A DNA stretch of 64,000 bases from NCBI GenBank assembly GCA_021295715.1, contig JAGWBV010000002.1, forward strand, positions 7,261 through 71,260. Reading direction: 5' to 3'. Positions 26,005-34,692 of this stretch are shown one piece after another (the stretch's first letter is position 1; the number at the start of each line of letters is the position of its first letter). This DNA comes from Candidatus Poribacteria bacterium (GTDB taxonomy: Bacteria > Poribacteria > WGA-4E > WGA-3G). The notes below the pieces were generated by a model. It ran no database searches. It was not told the origin of the DNA and saw only the letters and a list, made by a program, of their open reading frames with translations. The position numbers and the translations under genes are program-made.

Positions 26005-27441
26005 ATGGAAAAGTTTGATAAACCTGCTGGGACGAATGATTTTCTACCTGAGCAGATGATTCAGCGAAATTTCGTTGAAAATATCGTTCGTGAAACCTTT
26101 GAAACCTATGGATATGCACAGGTTCAGACCCCGTTGTTTGAATCCTTTGCCCTATTATCGGAGCAATCCGGCGAAGAGATCCGTCACAAGATGTTCACGT
26201 TCGTCGGTTCGGATCGGGTGGATTACGCTCTGAGACCTGAGCTGACTGCTCCTGTCTGTAGACTCATTGCCAATGGCAAACTAAAACACCTTCCTTATCC
26301 GTATAAACTCTACTATATCGGGCAGTGTGCCCGGCAGGAACCGGTTGCTGATGGTACCGAAGTAAAACGGGAATTCCGACAAGCAGGTGTTGAACTTATC
26401 GGACCGACTTCTGCCCACGCAGACGCTGAAATCATTACGATGCCGATCCGAGTCCTTGAGAAACTCAACGTCTCGCATACAAAGTTAAGAATTGGAAATA
26501 CGAGAGTCTTCCGTGAGATTTTCAAACAGAGCGCGCTGGATCCAAAAGACCAAGCAGAAATGATTTGGGACATCGACCATCTTGTAAGTCTCCGTAACGA
26601 AAGTGAACTTTGGGATATCGAAACACTGCAGGATACACTCAATATGCTGCGGCGTCTGCAAGGATCTGACTACCAAGGCGATTACAAAATTGATACCGCC
26701 GCAATTCAGAATTTAGTCGAAAGCACTGCCCCTGCCTTAGCAGAGAAACTACCCGTAATTGCTGAGGAGACTTATAAGGCGAGATGGCACCGGTATCTCA
26801 ATGTTTCTGAAGAGATGGCACAGTGTTGTATAGATATCTCAAAGGTTTGTGGTGATAGAAACACTGTGATGACAGCATGGGAGACGCTTCTCGGCGATAC
26901 CGCACAAGCAGCACGTCAGGAACTGCTTGCTCTCTGTAACTGTCTGGAAAACTACGGTATTACAGATTTTGAAATTAATTTGGGTATCACGCGTGGGTTC
27001 GATTTCTATACCGGAACGGTTTTTCAGATCGAGTTGCCTGAGAAACGTTTACCACTCTGTGGTGGCGGGAGATACGACAACCTGATCGCTTCCTTCGGCG
27101 GTCCGTCAATACCTGGTGCTGGATTTGCGTTTCAATTTGACGCACTTGTAGAAGCCTTTACTGACACGAGCAAGGTACCTGTTAATGGGAGAAAAGACTA
27201 CTTCATCGCAGTGGAAACACCTGAAGGCATTGCGGAAGCACAACGACTTGCTGAAACGTTGCGGAAATCAGGTAAGAACGTTGAAGTAGATTTGATGGAA
27301 CGTGATTTGCAGGCACAACAGGATTATGCCAGCCAAGCGAACTACGATTACTTGCTCTGCTTGGTCTCTGATGAGTTGATCCGCCGAATTCAAATCGAAA
27401 CCGGTGACACAGAAGTGGTCACCCTCGACGGTCTCCTTTAG
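26005..27441 (+). CDS. hisZ: ATP phosphoribosyltransferase regulatory subunit HisZ (HisRS paralog) with retained C-terminal domain
   Basis: HisRS-like fold (GGGRYD present), but motif 3 lacks the Arg (GAGFAFQFDA versus GTSFGIERI in hisS). It lies directly upstream of hisG. Confidence 0.75.
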   Translation: MEKFDKPAGTNDFLPEQMIQRNFVENIVRETFETYGYAQVQTPLFESFALLSEQSGEEIRHKMFTFVGSDRVDYALRPELTAPVCRLIANGKLKHLPYPYKLYYIGQCARQEPVADGTEVKREFRQAGVELIGPTSAHADAEIITMPIRVLEKLNVSHTKLRIGNTRVFREIFKQSALDPKDQAEMIWDIDHLVSLRNESELWDIETLQDTLNMLRRLQGSDYQGDYKIDTAAIQNLVESTAPALAEKLPVIAEETYKARWHRYLNVSEEMAQCCIDISKVCGDRNTVMTAWETLLGDTAQAARQELLALCNCLENYGITDFEINLGITRGFDFYTGTVFQIELPEKRLPLCGGGRYDNLIASFGGPSIPGAGFAFQFDALVEAFTDTSKVPVNGRKDYFIAVETPEGIAEAQRLAETLRKSGKNVEVDLMERDLQAQQDYASQANYDYLLCLVSDELIRRIQIETGDTEVVTLDGLL

Positions 27442-27558
27442 ATGTTTCGCATCTGTTAAAAACTGGAAACGAATATCATCGCTCATAGACATCTAAATCC
27501 GATCAGGATCGTTAGTCTACCTATCGGTTAGATTGGAGAAAGGACAACGATTAAAAAA

Positions 27559-28338
27559 ATGCAAACGGAATCACAACGGACGCTGAAACTACTGTTACCG
27601 AAAGGGAGTCTACAGGCGGATACGCTTGAAATGTTTCAGCGCGCCGGTTACGAACTTAATGGTTATAACGCGACGGATAGATCCTATCGTGCAACTTTCC
27701 AAAATGATAGCGAATTTCAAATCAAAATTTCGCGTCCCCAAGAGATACCGGTCTACGTCGGCATGGATGATTTCTATGATGTAGGAATTACCGGTCAAGA
27801 TTGGGTCGAAGAAACTGACGCAGATGTTGAAGAAATATTGCCGCTCGAATACGGACATATTGATATTATCCTCGCGGTGCGTGAAGAACGAGACGACCTC
27901 AACACATTTGATGATCTGGTGAATATCTCAGATAGAGATATCCGCATATCTACCGAATACTTGAACATTGCCGAGAAATATATCCTTGAAAAGACGGAAA
28001 ATAGAATCGCTCCTACGATTCTAACACCGTGGAGACGACTGAACACTCTCGGCAGTTACCAATCGCCTATCACGCTTATGTTGTCTTTTGGTGCCACCGA
28101 AGGGAAACCCCCAGAAGAAGCGGATGCCATAATTGACAATTCTACGGCATCACGGCGCACCCTCAAGGCGAATGAGCTTAAGGTGATCGAACTGTTGCGC
28201 GAATCCGAATCCACTCTGATTGCGAATCCGAAGGCACTCCGGGACTCATGGAAACAGGAGAAGATTGAAGAATTGAAGCAGACCCTCCGGAAAGGTTTGC
28301 GTAGACGGCGGAGTCAAGCACTCCCCGGGCACATTTAA
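27559..28338 (+). CDS. hisG: ATP phosphoribosyltransferase catalytic subunit HisG
   Basis: LKLLLPKGSL...RPQEIPVYV...DVGITGQDW signature; 259 aa. Confidence 0.88.
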   Translation: MQTESQRTLKLLLPKGSLQADTLEMFQRAGYELNGYNATDRSYRATFQNDSEFQIKISRPQEIPVYVGMDDFYDVGITGQDWVEETDADVEEILPLEYGHIDIILAVREERDDLNTFDDLVNISDRDIRISTEYLNIAEKYILEKTENRIAPTILTPWRRLNTLGSYQSPITLMLSFGATEGKPPEEADAIIDNSTASRRTLKANELKVIELLRESESTLIANPKALRDSWKQEKIEELKQTLRKGLRRRRSQALPGHI

Positions 28339-28350
28339 GGAGCGTAACCG

Positions 28351-29682
28351 ATGGCAACCCCTTTTATTAAACCGCGCGTCCCGCGCGGGATGCGAGACAT
28401 TCTACCTGAGCAGATGATTCGCAGACAGTATGTTATAGATGTGATTCGGGACGTGTTCGAGGAATTTGGGTTTGAACCCCTGCAAACACCTGCATTAGAA
28501 TTATCGGAAGTCCTCACGGGCAAATACGGACCGGAAGCTGAAAAACTCATTTATCAGGCAGGACACGTTGGCGGAAAAGAGGACATTTCCCTTCGTTACG
28601 ACCTGTCAGTACCGCTTTGCCGAGTTGTTGCGATGCATCCGCAACTGCCGAAACCGTTTAAGCGATACCAAATCGATCCCGTCTGGCGAGCGGAACGCCC
28701 GCAAAAAGGACGTTACCGTCAATTTTTCCAGTGCGATGCGGATACGGTAGGCACCGAAAGTATGCTCGCTGATGCTGAAAACGTTACTCTCATCTATCAA
28801 GTACTAACTCGACTCGGTTTTGAACAATTCGAGATTAATATTAACGATCGAAAATTAATCACCGGCATCGGACAATTCGCTGGTGTTCCTGAAGAACAAC
28901 TCGGTGGACTCTATCGATCTATTGATAAGTTGGACAAAATTGGGCTTGCGGGGGTCCGGGACGAGTTAGCGGAAAATCAGATTCCGGAACCTGTCATTGA
29001 AAAATTGCTCGCGCTACTGCAGATTGAAGGTGATACAGCGACGGTGTTGAACGCACTCAGTGAACAACTCGGAGATTCCGAAGTGGCGAGAGAAGGTGTC
29101 GTGGAATTAGAAGACCTGGATAGCTATCTCACAACGCTTGGAGTACCCGACAAATTTTATAGGATGAACGTTTCAATGGTCCGTGGCTTGGAATATTACA
29201 CTGGACCGATCTATGAAACCGTTGTTGAGGAACCGAAAATTGGGAGCATCACCGGGGGTGGCAGATACGATGAGCTCATCGGAAGTTTCAGTAAACAGAG
29301 TTACCCGGCAACCGGAACCAGTTTCGGTATTGAACGGATTATTGACGTGATGGAAGAATTTGATATGTTTCCAACGACCGTAGGCAAAACGGTGACACAG
29401 GTGTTAGTCACTGTTTTCGATGCTGACCTCGCCCAGGAATCCCTGAAATTGGCGACGCTTCTGCGCCAAAGTGGTATCCGGACAGAAGTCTACAGTCGTC
29501 CGACGCGACTCAGCACACAGATAAAGTATGCGGATACAAAAGGGATCCCGTATGCTGTCATTCTTGGCTCTGACGAATTAGAAGCAGGCAGCGTGGCGAT
29601 TCGAAACCTCGCAAGCAGAGAGCAACACATCGTTCCGAGAGAAGAATTTGTTGGACACATCCAACGATGGATAGACGGCTAA
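28351..29682 (+). CDS. hisS: histidine--tRNA ligase
   Basis: RGMRDILP start; motif 2 WRAERPQKGRYRQFFQCD; GGGRYD; motif 3 GTSFGIERI; C-terminal anticodon-binding domain. Confidence 0.93.
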   Translation: MATPFIKPRVPRGMRDILPEQMIRRQYVIDVIRDVFEEFGFEPLQTPALELSEVLTGKYGPEAEKLIYQAGHVGGKEDISLRYDLSVPLCRVVAMHPQLPKPFKRYQIDPVWRAERPQKGRYRQFFQCDADTVGTESMLADAENVTLIYQVLTRLGFEQFEININDRKLITGIGQFAGVPEEQLGGLYRSIDKLDKIGLAGVRDELAENQIPEPVIEKLLALLQIEGDTATVLNALSEQLGDSEVAREGVVELEDLDSYLTTLGVPDKFYRMNVSMVRGLEYYTGPIYETVVEEPKIGSITGGGRYDELIGSFSKQSYPATGTSFGIERIIDVMEEFDMFPTTVGKTVTQVLVTVFDADLAQESLKLATLLRQSGIRTEVYSRPTRLSTQIKYADTKGIPYAVILGSDELEAGSVAIRNLASREQHIVPREEFVGHIQRWIDG

Positions 29683-29732
29683 AGTGATTATTCACGTAAA
29701 TGATTACATAGCAATAGGAGCGTTAAGGAAAC

Positions 29733-30920
29733 ATGAAGCAATTTTATCAACGCCCCAACTTCACTCGCTATATTGTTATTCTCTGTTGTATTGTTCAAGC
29801 AGTACAACTGACAATTGCGGGGTGTAGTCACACAAAACCGTATTATCATCCTGATATACCCGATAGTGCGAAACATGAGAGTAAAACGGAAGACACTCTC
29901 CAGTACCGTCTATTATTACTCGGTGATGGTGGTATCCCAAAACCGGATGAACCTGTTCTAAAAACGCTTAGGGAATGGGCGGAGAAGGATCCGGAAAGCA
30001 CGAGTATTGTCTTTTTAGGAGATAACATGTATCCTGAAGGGATGACGGAGCGGAAAAAACATGAAGCAACGACTCGGCTTACACCACAACTCGCGGTTGC
30101 CAAATCTTCTGGAGCTCATGGACTCTTTATACCTGGTAATCATGATTGGGCGAAAGGAAAATCGGAAGGACTTAAGGCAGTTCTTGCACAAGAAAAGTTT
30201 GTCAACGCTGCCCTTGCGGGTGAATCGAATTTTCTTCCACCTGGTGGTTCACCCGGTCCTGTTGCACTCGAACTTCCAAAAACCAAACCTGTAGTCCGGC
30301 TTATCGTTCTGGACACGCAGTGGTGGCTCCATCAACACGAGAAACCGCAAAAATCTCCTGAACAGGTGATAGAAGAACTGGGAGCACTCTTAGATACGGA
30401 ATTACCGGTCATTGTTGTCGGACATCATCCACTGGAAAGTTATGGATCACATGGTGGTTTCTACGACTGGAAGGCACACCTCTTTCCCATCAGATTTATG
30501 AAAAAGTGGCTCTGGATCCCGATACCGATAGTGGGTCCCATATATCCATCCGCACGGTGGTATCTTTACAGATCCGATCAAGACATGAACGGCGCACGCA
30601 ACAAAAATATGGTAGCGCAGTTAAACCGAGCGTTTTCCATGCGAAAATTGCCACCGCAAGGTCCACCGCTCTTAATCTACGCTTCTGGGCATGAACACTC
30701 CTTGCAGGTTTTAAAAGGTGGAGTTACCGATTATCTTCTCGTAAGTGGGGCAGCAGCGAGCCGAAAAGTGACGGAAGTGATGTCTGGGGAAAATACACTT
30801 TTCGCACATCAACATACCGGTTTCATGGCGATAGATTTTTTCAGCGATGAAAAAGTTTTACTGCAAGTCGTTGAACCCAAAGGGAAAGGTGTCCTATTTC
30901 ACCGATGGTTGACTTTTTAG
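29733..30920 (+). CDS. calcineurin-like metallophosphoesterase lipoprotein
   Basis: Lipobox LTIAGC; LLLGDGG, FLGDNMY and PGNHDW motifs. Confidence 0.8.
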   Translation: MKQFYQRPNFTRYIVILCCIVQAVQLTIAGCSHTKPYYHPDIPDSAKHESKTEDTLQYRLLLLGDGGIPKPDEPVLKTLREWAEKDPESTSIVFLGDNMYPEGMTERKKHEATTRLTPQLAVAKSSGAHGLFIPGNHDWAKGKSEGLKAVLAQEKFVNAALAGESNFLPPGGSPGPVALELPKTKPVVRLIVLDTQWWLHQHEKPQKSPEQVIEELGALLDTELPVIVVGHHPLESYGSHGGFYDWKAHLFPIRFMKKWLWIPIPIVGPIYPSARWYLYRSDQDMNGARNKNMVAQLNRAFSMRKLPPQGPPLLIYASGHEHSLQVLKGGVTDYLLVSGAAASRKVTEVMSGENTLFAHQHTGFMAIDFFSDEKVLLQVVEPKGKGVLFHRWLTF

Positions 30921-31194
30921 GATTTTGGCGGTTGGTTTCGGGAAAACGAAAGCATTTTTAATAATTCCGAGCGAAGTTATAGTTTTTCGTTGGTGCGTCT
31001 TAAACTGATACCACAGTCTGCAAAAAATCCTTTCGAGAATGCCCTACAAGCCCCTTAGAAAAGATGCCCTGCTATGGTAACCCTACCCGTAAAATACAGG
31101 GTCATTGTATCGACTTAGCGTGGATTTTAGAATTACTTGGGCAGTCTAAATAGGCGAGGTTGGAAACCTCCCCAGGAAGAGGATACATGAAATA

Positions 31195-31218
31195 GACAGG
31201 ACAAAAGCGTGTCCTGTC
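31195..31218. terminator. hairpin GACAGGAC-8-GTCCTGTC, candidate bidirectional terminator
   Basis: Perfect 8-bp stem, T-rich on both sides, 30 nt downstream of the minus-strand stop at 31248. Confidence 0.5.
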
Positions 31219-31247
31219 TACCTTTCGTCTTTTTCTGCTTTACAATG

Positions 31248-31577
31248 CTAATTCTCTGTTTTACGATTCTGGCGGGCGTACCTTAGAAATTCCACATCTC
31301 GTAGATACGGTTCCGCCTCCCCTAATTCAAAACGCATCTCCTGTAAATCTCCAACAATTTGATTTAAATCTGAATCTACCCGACGGTAAGTCTGTTCGGC
31401 TCTCTTTGGATTATATCCAGAGGTTCTCAGGTAATACGATGTTCCCAACCAGACGCATGCGAGTATAGTGATTGTTGTTGTCCCGATAACGATTGCCACA
31501 ATAGCGGTAAGCGCGGCTGTCAATTTGAAGATAAAGAAGAATGCCAGAACGAGAAAAATCAGTAGTAACGCTAACAT
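31248..31577 (-). CDS. small membrane protein (2 TM segments plus charged coiled tail), paralog of 31593..31829
   Basis: Strong SD AAGGAGGAG. Shares the motif L(A/G)CVW(L/M)GTSY with its neighbour. Confidence 0.65.
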   Translation of the reverse strand: MLALLLIFLVLAFFFIFKLTAALTAIVAIVIGTTTITILACVWLGTSYYLRTSGYNPKRAEQTYRRVDSDLNQIVGDLQEMRFELGEAEPYLRDVEFLRYARQNRKTEN

Positions 31578-31592
31578 GTCTGTTCTCCTCCT

Positions 31593-31829
31593 TTACTCAC
31601 TTGCGCCTTTGGCGATTTTGATGAGTCGTTTCACTTCCTGTTTCAGGGCATCCATCTCTTGTTGAACATCGCTTACTTTCTGCTGTAATATTTCTATCTC
31701 GCGTTGCGATGCTCCGTTTCTCAAGCCTTTTTTCTTTGCCGCGTAGGAAGTCCCCATCCAGACACATCCAAGCGTTGTTACTAAAATGCTTCCAAATATA
31801 ATAGCGATAATCAGAACGACTTCTCCCAT
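31593..31829 (-). CDS. small membrane protein (N-terminal TM plus coiled coil)
   Basis: SD GGAGGG. TM segment VVLIIAIIFGSILVTTLGCVWMGTSY followed by a heptad-rich tail. The architecture (only) recalls PspB. Confidence 0.65.
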   Translation of the reverse strand: MGEVVLIIAIIFGSILVTTLGCVWMGTSYAAKKKGLRNGASQREIEILQQKVSDVQQEMDALKQEVKRLIKIAKGASE

Positions 31830-31923
31830 TTTAAACCCTCCGATTTTCCAATAAAGTGTTGTTTGCTATTATTGAGTCGGTAGAGCACTGAAAGGATAGT
31901 AAAAAATGGTTCGCCAATGTGAA

Positions 31924-32691
31924 TTAAACGAATTTTGAAGTCGTATCTTCATTTGGAAGTTGAAACGGTTGTTCTGTATCGTTGTTTTGAAGTAAGCGAG
32001 CGACATCATATCCTCTCCGGAGCAATTCGATTAAAAGCACGTCATCCGAGGCTTCATTGACCGAACTTAACGTTTGCACACTTCTGTTAGATTCGGAATG
32101 AATTGACATCGCTTCCGACGCATCCCGAACGCTCGCATAGTTTACCCCTAAGTATCGCTGGGTTGTTACCACGCTCTTATGCCCTAACATTTCTTGGACG
32201 GCATAAATATCGTTCGTGTGTTCATAGAGACGTTGCGCGTAAGACTTTCGCAGGGAATGTGTCCCGAGTTTTCCGTTGAGTCCTGCTGCCTCAAACACAT
32301 TTTTTAGTACATCATGCGCTGCTATTCGCGTCATTGCTTTCAAGCCTTGTCCCTTCCGGGACGGAAACAATGGACGGGTCGGATCAACATTTCCATAGAG
32401 TTCAAGATGCCAAGCGATGAGGCTTTCAATCGCCTGCCTGCCGTCTGTGTTCACAGGTACTGCTCTCGATACCTCGCCGCCCTTTACAATGTTTCGATCA
32501 AACAGCAAATCAGAGACCGGTTTGTCGTTCTGCCATACATCATTCACTTTCAGAGCAATCAGTTCGCTAATCCGTCCACCGACGGAAACACCGAGCATAA
32601 ACAGGTTTCTGTTCCGAATGGCAAATGTCCCGTCAAAAGCCACTGATACCTTACGGATTTCGGCGTTGTCTAAAGGTCTTGTGCCTTTCAT
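31924..32691 (-). CDS. tyrosine recombinase, catalytic domain only, plus about 60-aa C-terminal extension
   Basis: GGRISEL (Arg I), HSLRKSYA (His-x-x-Arg) and LGHKSVVTTQRYL (His...Tyr). There is no N-terminal core-binding domain. SD AAGGAG. Confidence 0.8.
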   Translation of the reverse strand: MKGTRPLDNAEIRKVSVAFDGTFAIRNRNLFMLGVSVGGRISELIALKVNDVWQNDKPVSDLLFDRNIVKGGEVSRAVPVNTDGRQAIESLIAWHLELYGNVDPTRPLFPSRKGQGLKAMTRIAAHDVLKNVFEAAGLNGKLGTHSLRKSYAQRLYEHTNDIYAVQEMLGHKSVVTTQRYLGVNYASVRDASEAMSIHSESNRSVQTLSSVNEASDDVLLIELLRRGYDVARLLQNNDTEQPFQLPNEDTTSKFV

Positions 32692-32785
32692 AATAAAAAA
32701 CTCCTTGTTTCTATGCGTACATAATATTTAAAACGGAATCATATCCTGTTGGTTTCTAAGTTATGTTCTGTAAAAGCAATCTATG

Positions 32786-34180
32786 CTATCTCGGCGTAGT
32801 GCAAAGTTCATACACTAATTGCTCCAGAACCCCCGTTTTACTGAGGTCGCTTGTTTTCAATTGGGTATCCACGATGAGGGTCTTCTCAATCGCATCGACT
32901 AATTCCTCAGCAGTGAAAGCGTGAAGGGTCTGAAAGACTTTGTAGGCGACATAAGGGTTCTGCTTAAGAATGTTGTGCGTGGCTGTCTTCGGTAAAAAAC
33001 CCTCTATTTCTTCAACAAGGGGTTGAAAAATATTCTTCGTAAACTCTGAGAACTGCATTCGACTACGGAAGGGGCGAAGTCCCTTCTGGTCTGCGATGAG
33101 TTTGGCTTGGAGGGCAAATCGGAATTGGCGTGTGATCGTCGAATTAACCAAGATAGGTTCCTGACCACTTGCTAACACCTCGTAGAGACTCTTTAGTGCC
33201 TGCCCGGCTGAACGTCTGCCAATGGCATCGGTGAGGTCAAAGATGCTGTCAAATGTGTGCTGCGTCACAATATTCTGGATATCGTTCGCGTCAATTTGAC
33301 GCTTGTCACCCACGAAATCGACAATCTTATTGATCGCTTCGGCAATTGTGTGCATATCACCACCGGTGCGAGTCCTGAGTTGCGTGAAAGCACGGGGGGT
33401 GATCTGTTTATTGAATTCACTGAACTTTTCCGAGACTTTTTTATACAACGGGTCTCGATTTACCGATGGGCCGGCTTCCACCGGATCAAAGGATCTATAG
33501 CGTCCCACACCCTCAATCGCTTTAACGAGACGGTTGCGTTCGTTTACCGATCCGCGCACGATAAAAATCAGAACGCTGTTTTTCGGGAGATCCGCTTGGA
33601 GCCATTCAAGAAGCAAGTCAATCTCATCACTGGCACCGGTTTCAGTGCCATACGTATCCAGCTGTTGGGCGATTTCCGGCAAACGTTGTAAGAAACCGCG
33701 CTCTTCATCGGTTAATTTTGGACCTAACTCATCAATAAGTGCTTCAAACGCATTTGCGAAGTCGAAATGCTGTTCAGCGATTTGTTGCGGACTCACCTCT
33801 AATAGTTTTGCCATTGTAGAGATAGATTTTTGTGGGTCTGTAGTTTCAATTTTAAACGCATTTCGGAGAAGCGTTACCGGCGTTGTCCGTTGTTGGGTTT
33901 TGAAAAAGGGCGCGTCGCGAACAACAACCACTCGCCATTTTGACATGACCGGATAGAGATCAACTTGGCTGAGAATTTCTCGAATTGTTATATCGGTGCC
34001 GTCGAGAAATGTAAGGTTAAAATCGCGTGTCTCAGGTGAAAGTAAGTGATCGAGCATCTGTTTGAGGGTTCCCTCAATGAGGAAACTTTCCTCGCCACAG
34101 AGAAGATATACCGGTAGGACTTTGTCCGCTTGGATCTCGCGAAGGATGTTCGGTGCGGGCTTTGCAGGTTTCTGTCTCAT
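32786..34180 (-). CDS. holA: DNA polymerase III delta subunit (HolA), long form
   Basis: N-terminal PVYLLCGEESFLIE signature of delta. 464 aa, against the usual 330-350. Confidence 0.7.
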   Translation of the reverse strand: MRQKPAKPAPNILREIQADKVLPVYLLCGEESFLIEGTLKQMLDHLLSPETRDFNLTFLDGTDITIREILSQVDLYPVMSKWRVVVVRDAPFFKTQQRTTPVTLLRNAFKIETTDPQKSISTMAKLLEVSPQQIAEQHFDFANAFEALIDELGPKLTDEERGFLQRLPEIAQQLDTYGTETGASDEIDLLLEWLQADLPKNSVLIFIVRGSVNERNRLVKAIEGVGRYRSFDPVEAGPSVNRDPLYKKVSEKFSEFNKQITPRAFTQLRTRTGGDMHTIAEAINKIVDFVGDKRQIDANDIQNIVTQHTFDSIFDLTDAIGRRSAGQALKSLYEVLASGQEPILVNSTITRQFRFALQAKLIADQKGLRPFRSRMQFSEFTKNIFQPLVEEIEGFLPKTATHNILKQNPYVAYKVFQTLHAFTAEELVDAIEKTLIVDTQLKTSDLSKTGVLEQLVYELCTTPR

Positions 34181-34499
34181 GAGAATCTTTTAGCTTCGGG
34201 TCCACCGCTTTGGGATGAACGCTATGCTCCTTATATTTATAATAGGCTTGATTTCTACACATACGGAGGTTTGTAGTATATGCATTGTATATAAAGATAA
34301 TGCAACTCCCCGTGCTGATGGAGGTCTTTATCACTTGTGAATCGTATAAGGCTACAATACTAAGGAAAATACAACGCCGACCTATGCTATGGGACCTTCT
34401 AAGGAAGACTGATGTTTGTGAAGTACAAGCCACTATGCCTTTAGGTTTGGCAATAGGTGGTATTTATGGTTAGGGCAAACTGCCGCCAGAAGGGATTGC

Positions 34500-34682
34500 T
34501 CACGTTGCGGGGTCGCTGGCAGTTTCCTTCTGCGTACCCGTAGTAGCAAACGCCGAGAAGCGTTTCGTTGGATTCAATGCCCCACACTTTGGACATTCCA
34601 GAGGGGAGTTGACATCACTGGCACGTTGGAGGACCTCAAATTCAGCTGTACAGTCATCGCAGTGGTATTCAAAAAGTGGCAT
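34500..34682 (-). CDS. FmdB-family zinc-ribbon protein
   Basis: MPLFEYHCDDCTAEFE...CPKCGA (CxxC...CxxC); 60 aa. Confidence 0.88.
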   Translation of the reverse strand: MPLFEYHCDDCTAEFEVLQRASDVNSPLECPKCGALNPTKRFSAFATTGTQKETASDPAT

Positions 34683-34692
34683 TTATTTTCCT

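Noticed and set aside
30921-32785. Prophage or integrative element bounded by att repeats or a tRNA gene
   Set aside because: No tRNA-like sequence and no convincing direct repeats were found by eye in the flanks, and there are no phage structural or replication genes. I kept it only as a minimal recombinase module.
34074-34433. 119-aa minus-strand ORF spanning the holA start region
   Set aside because: It overlaps the holA N-terminus out of frame, runs through an AT-rich promoter-like region, and has no RBS or recognisable motif.
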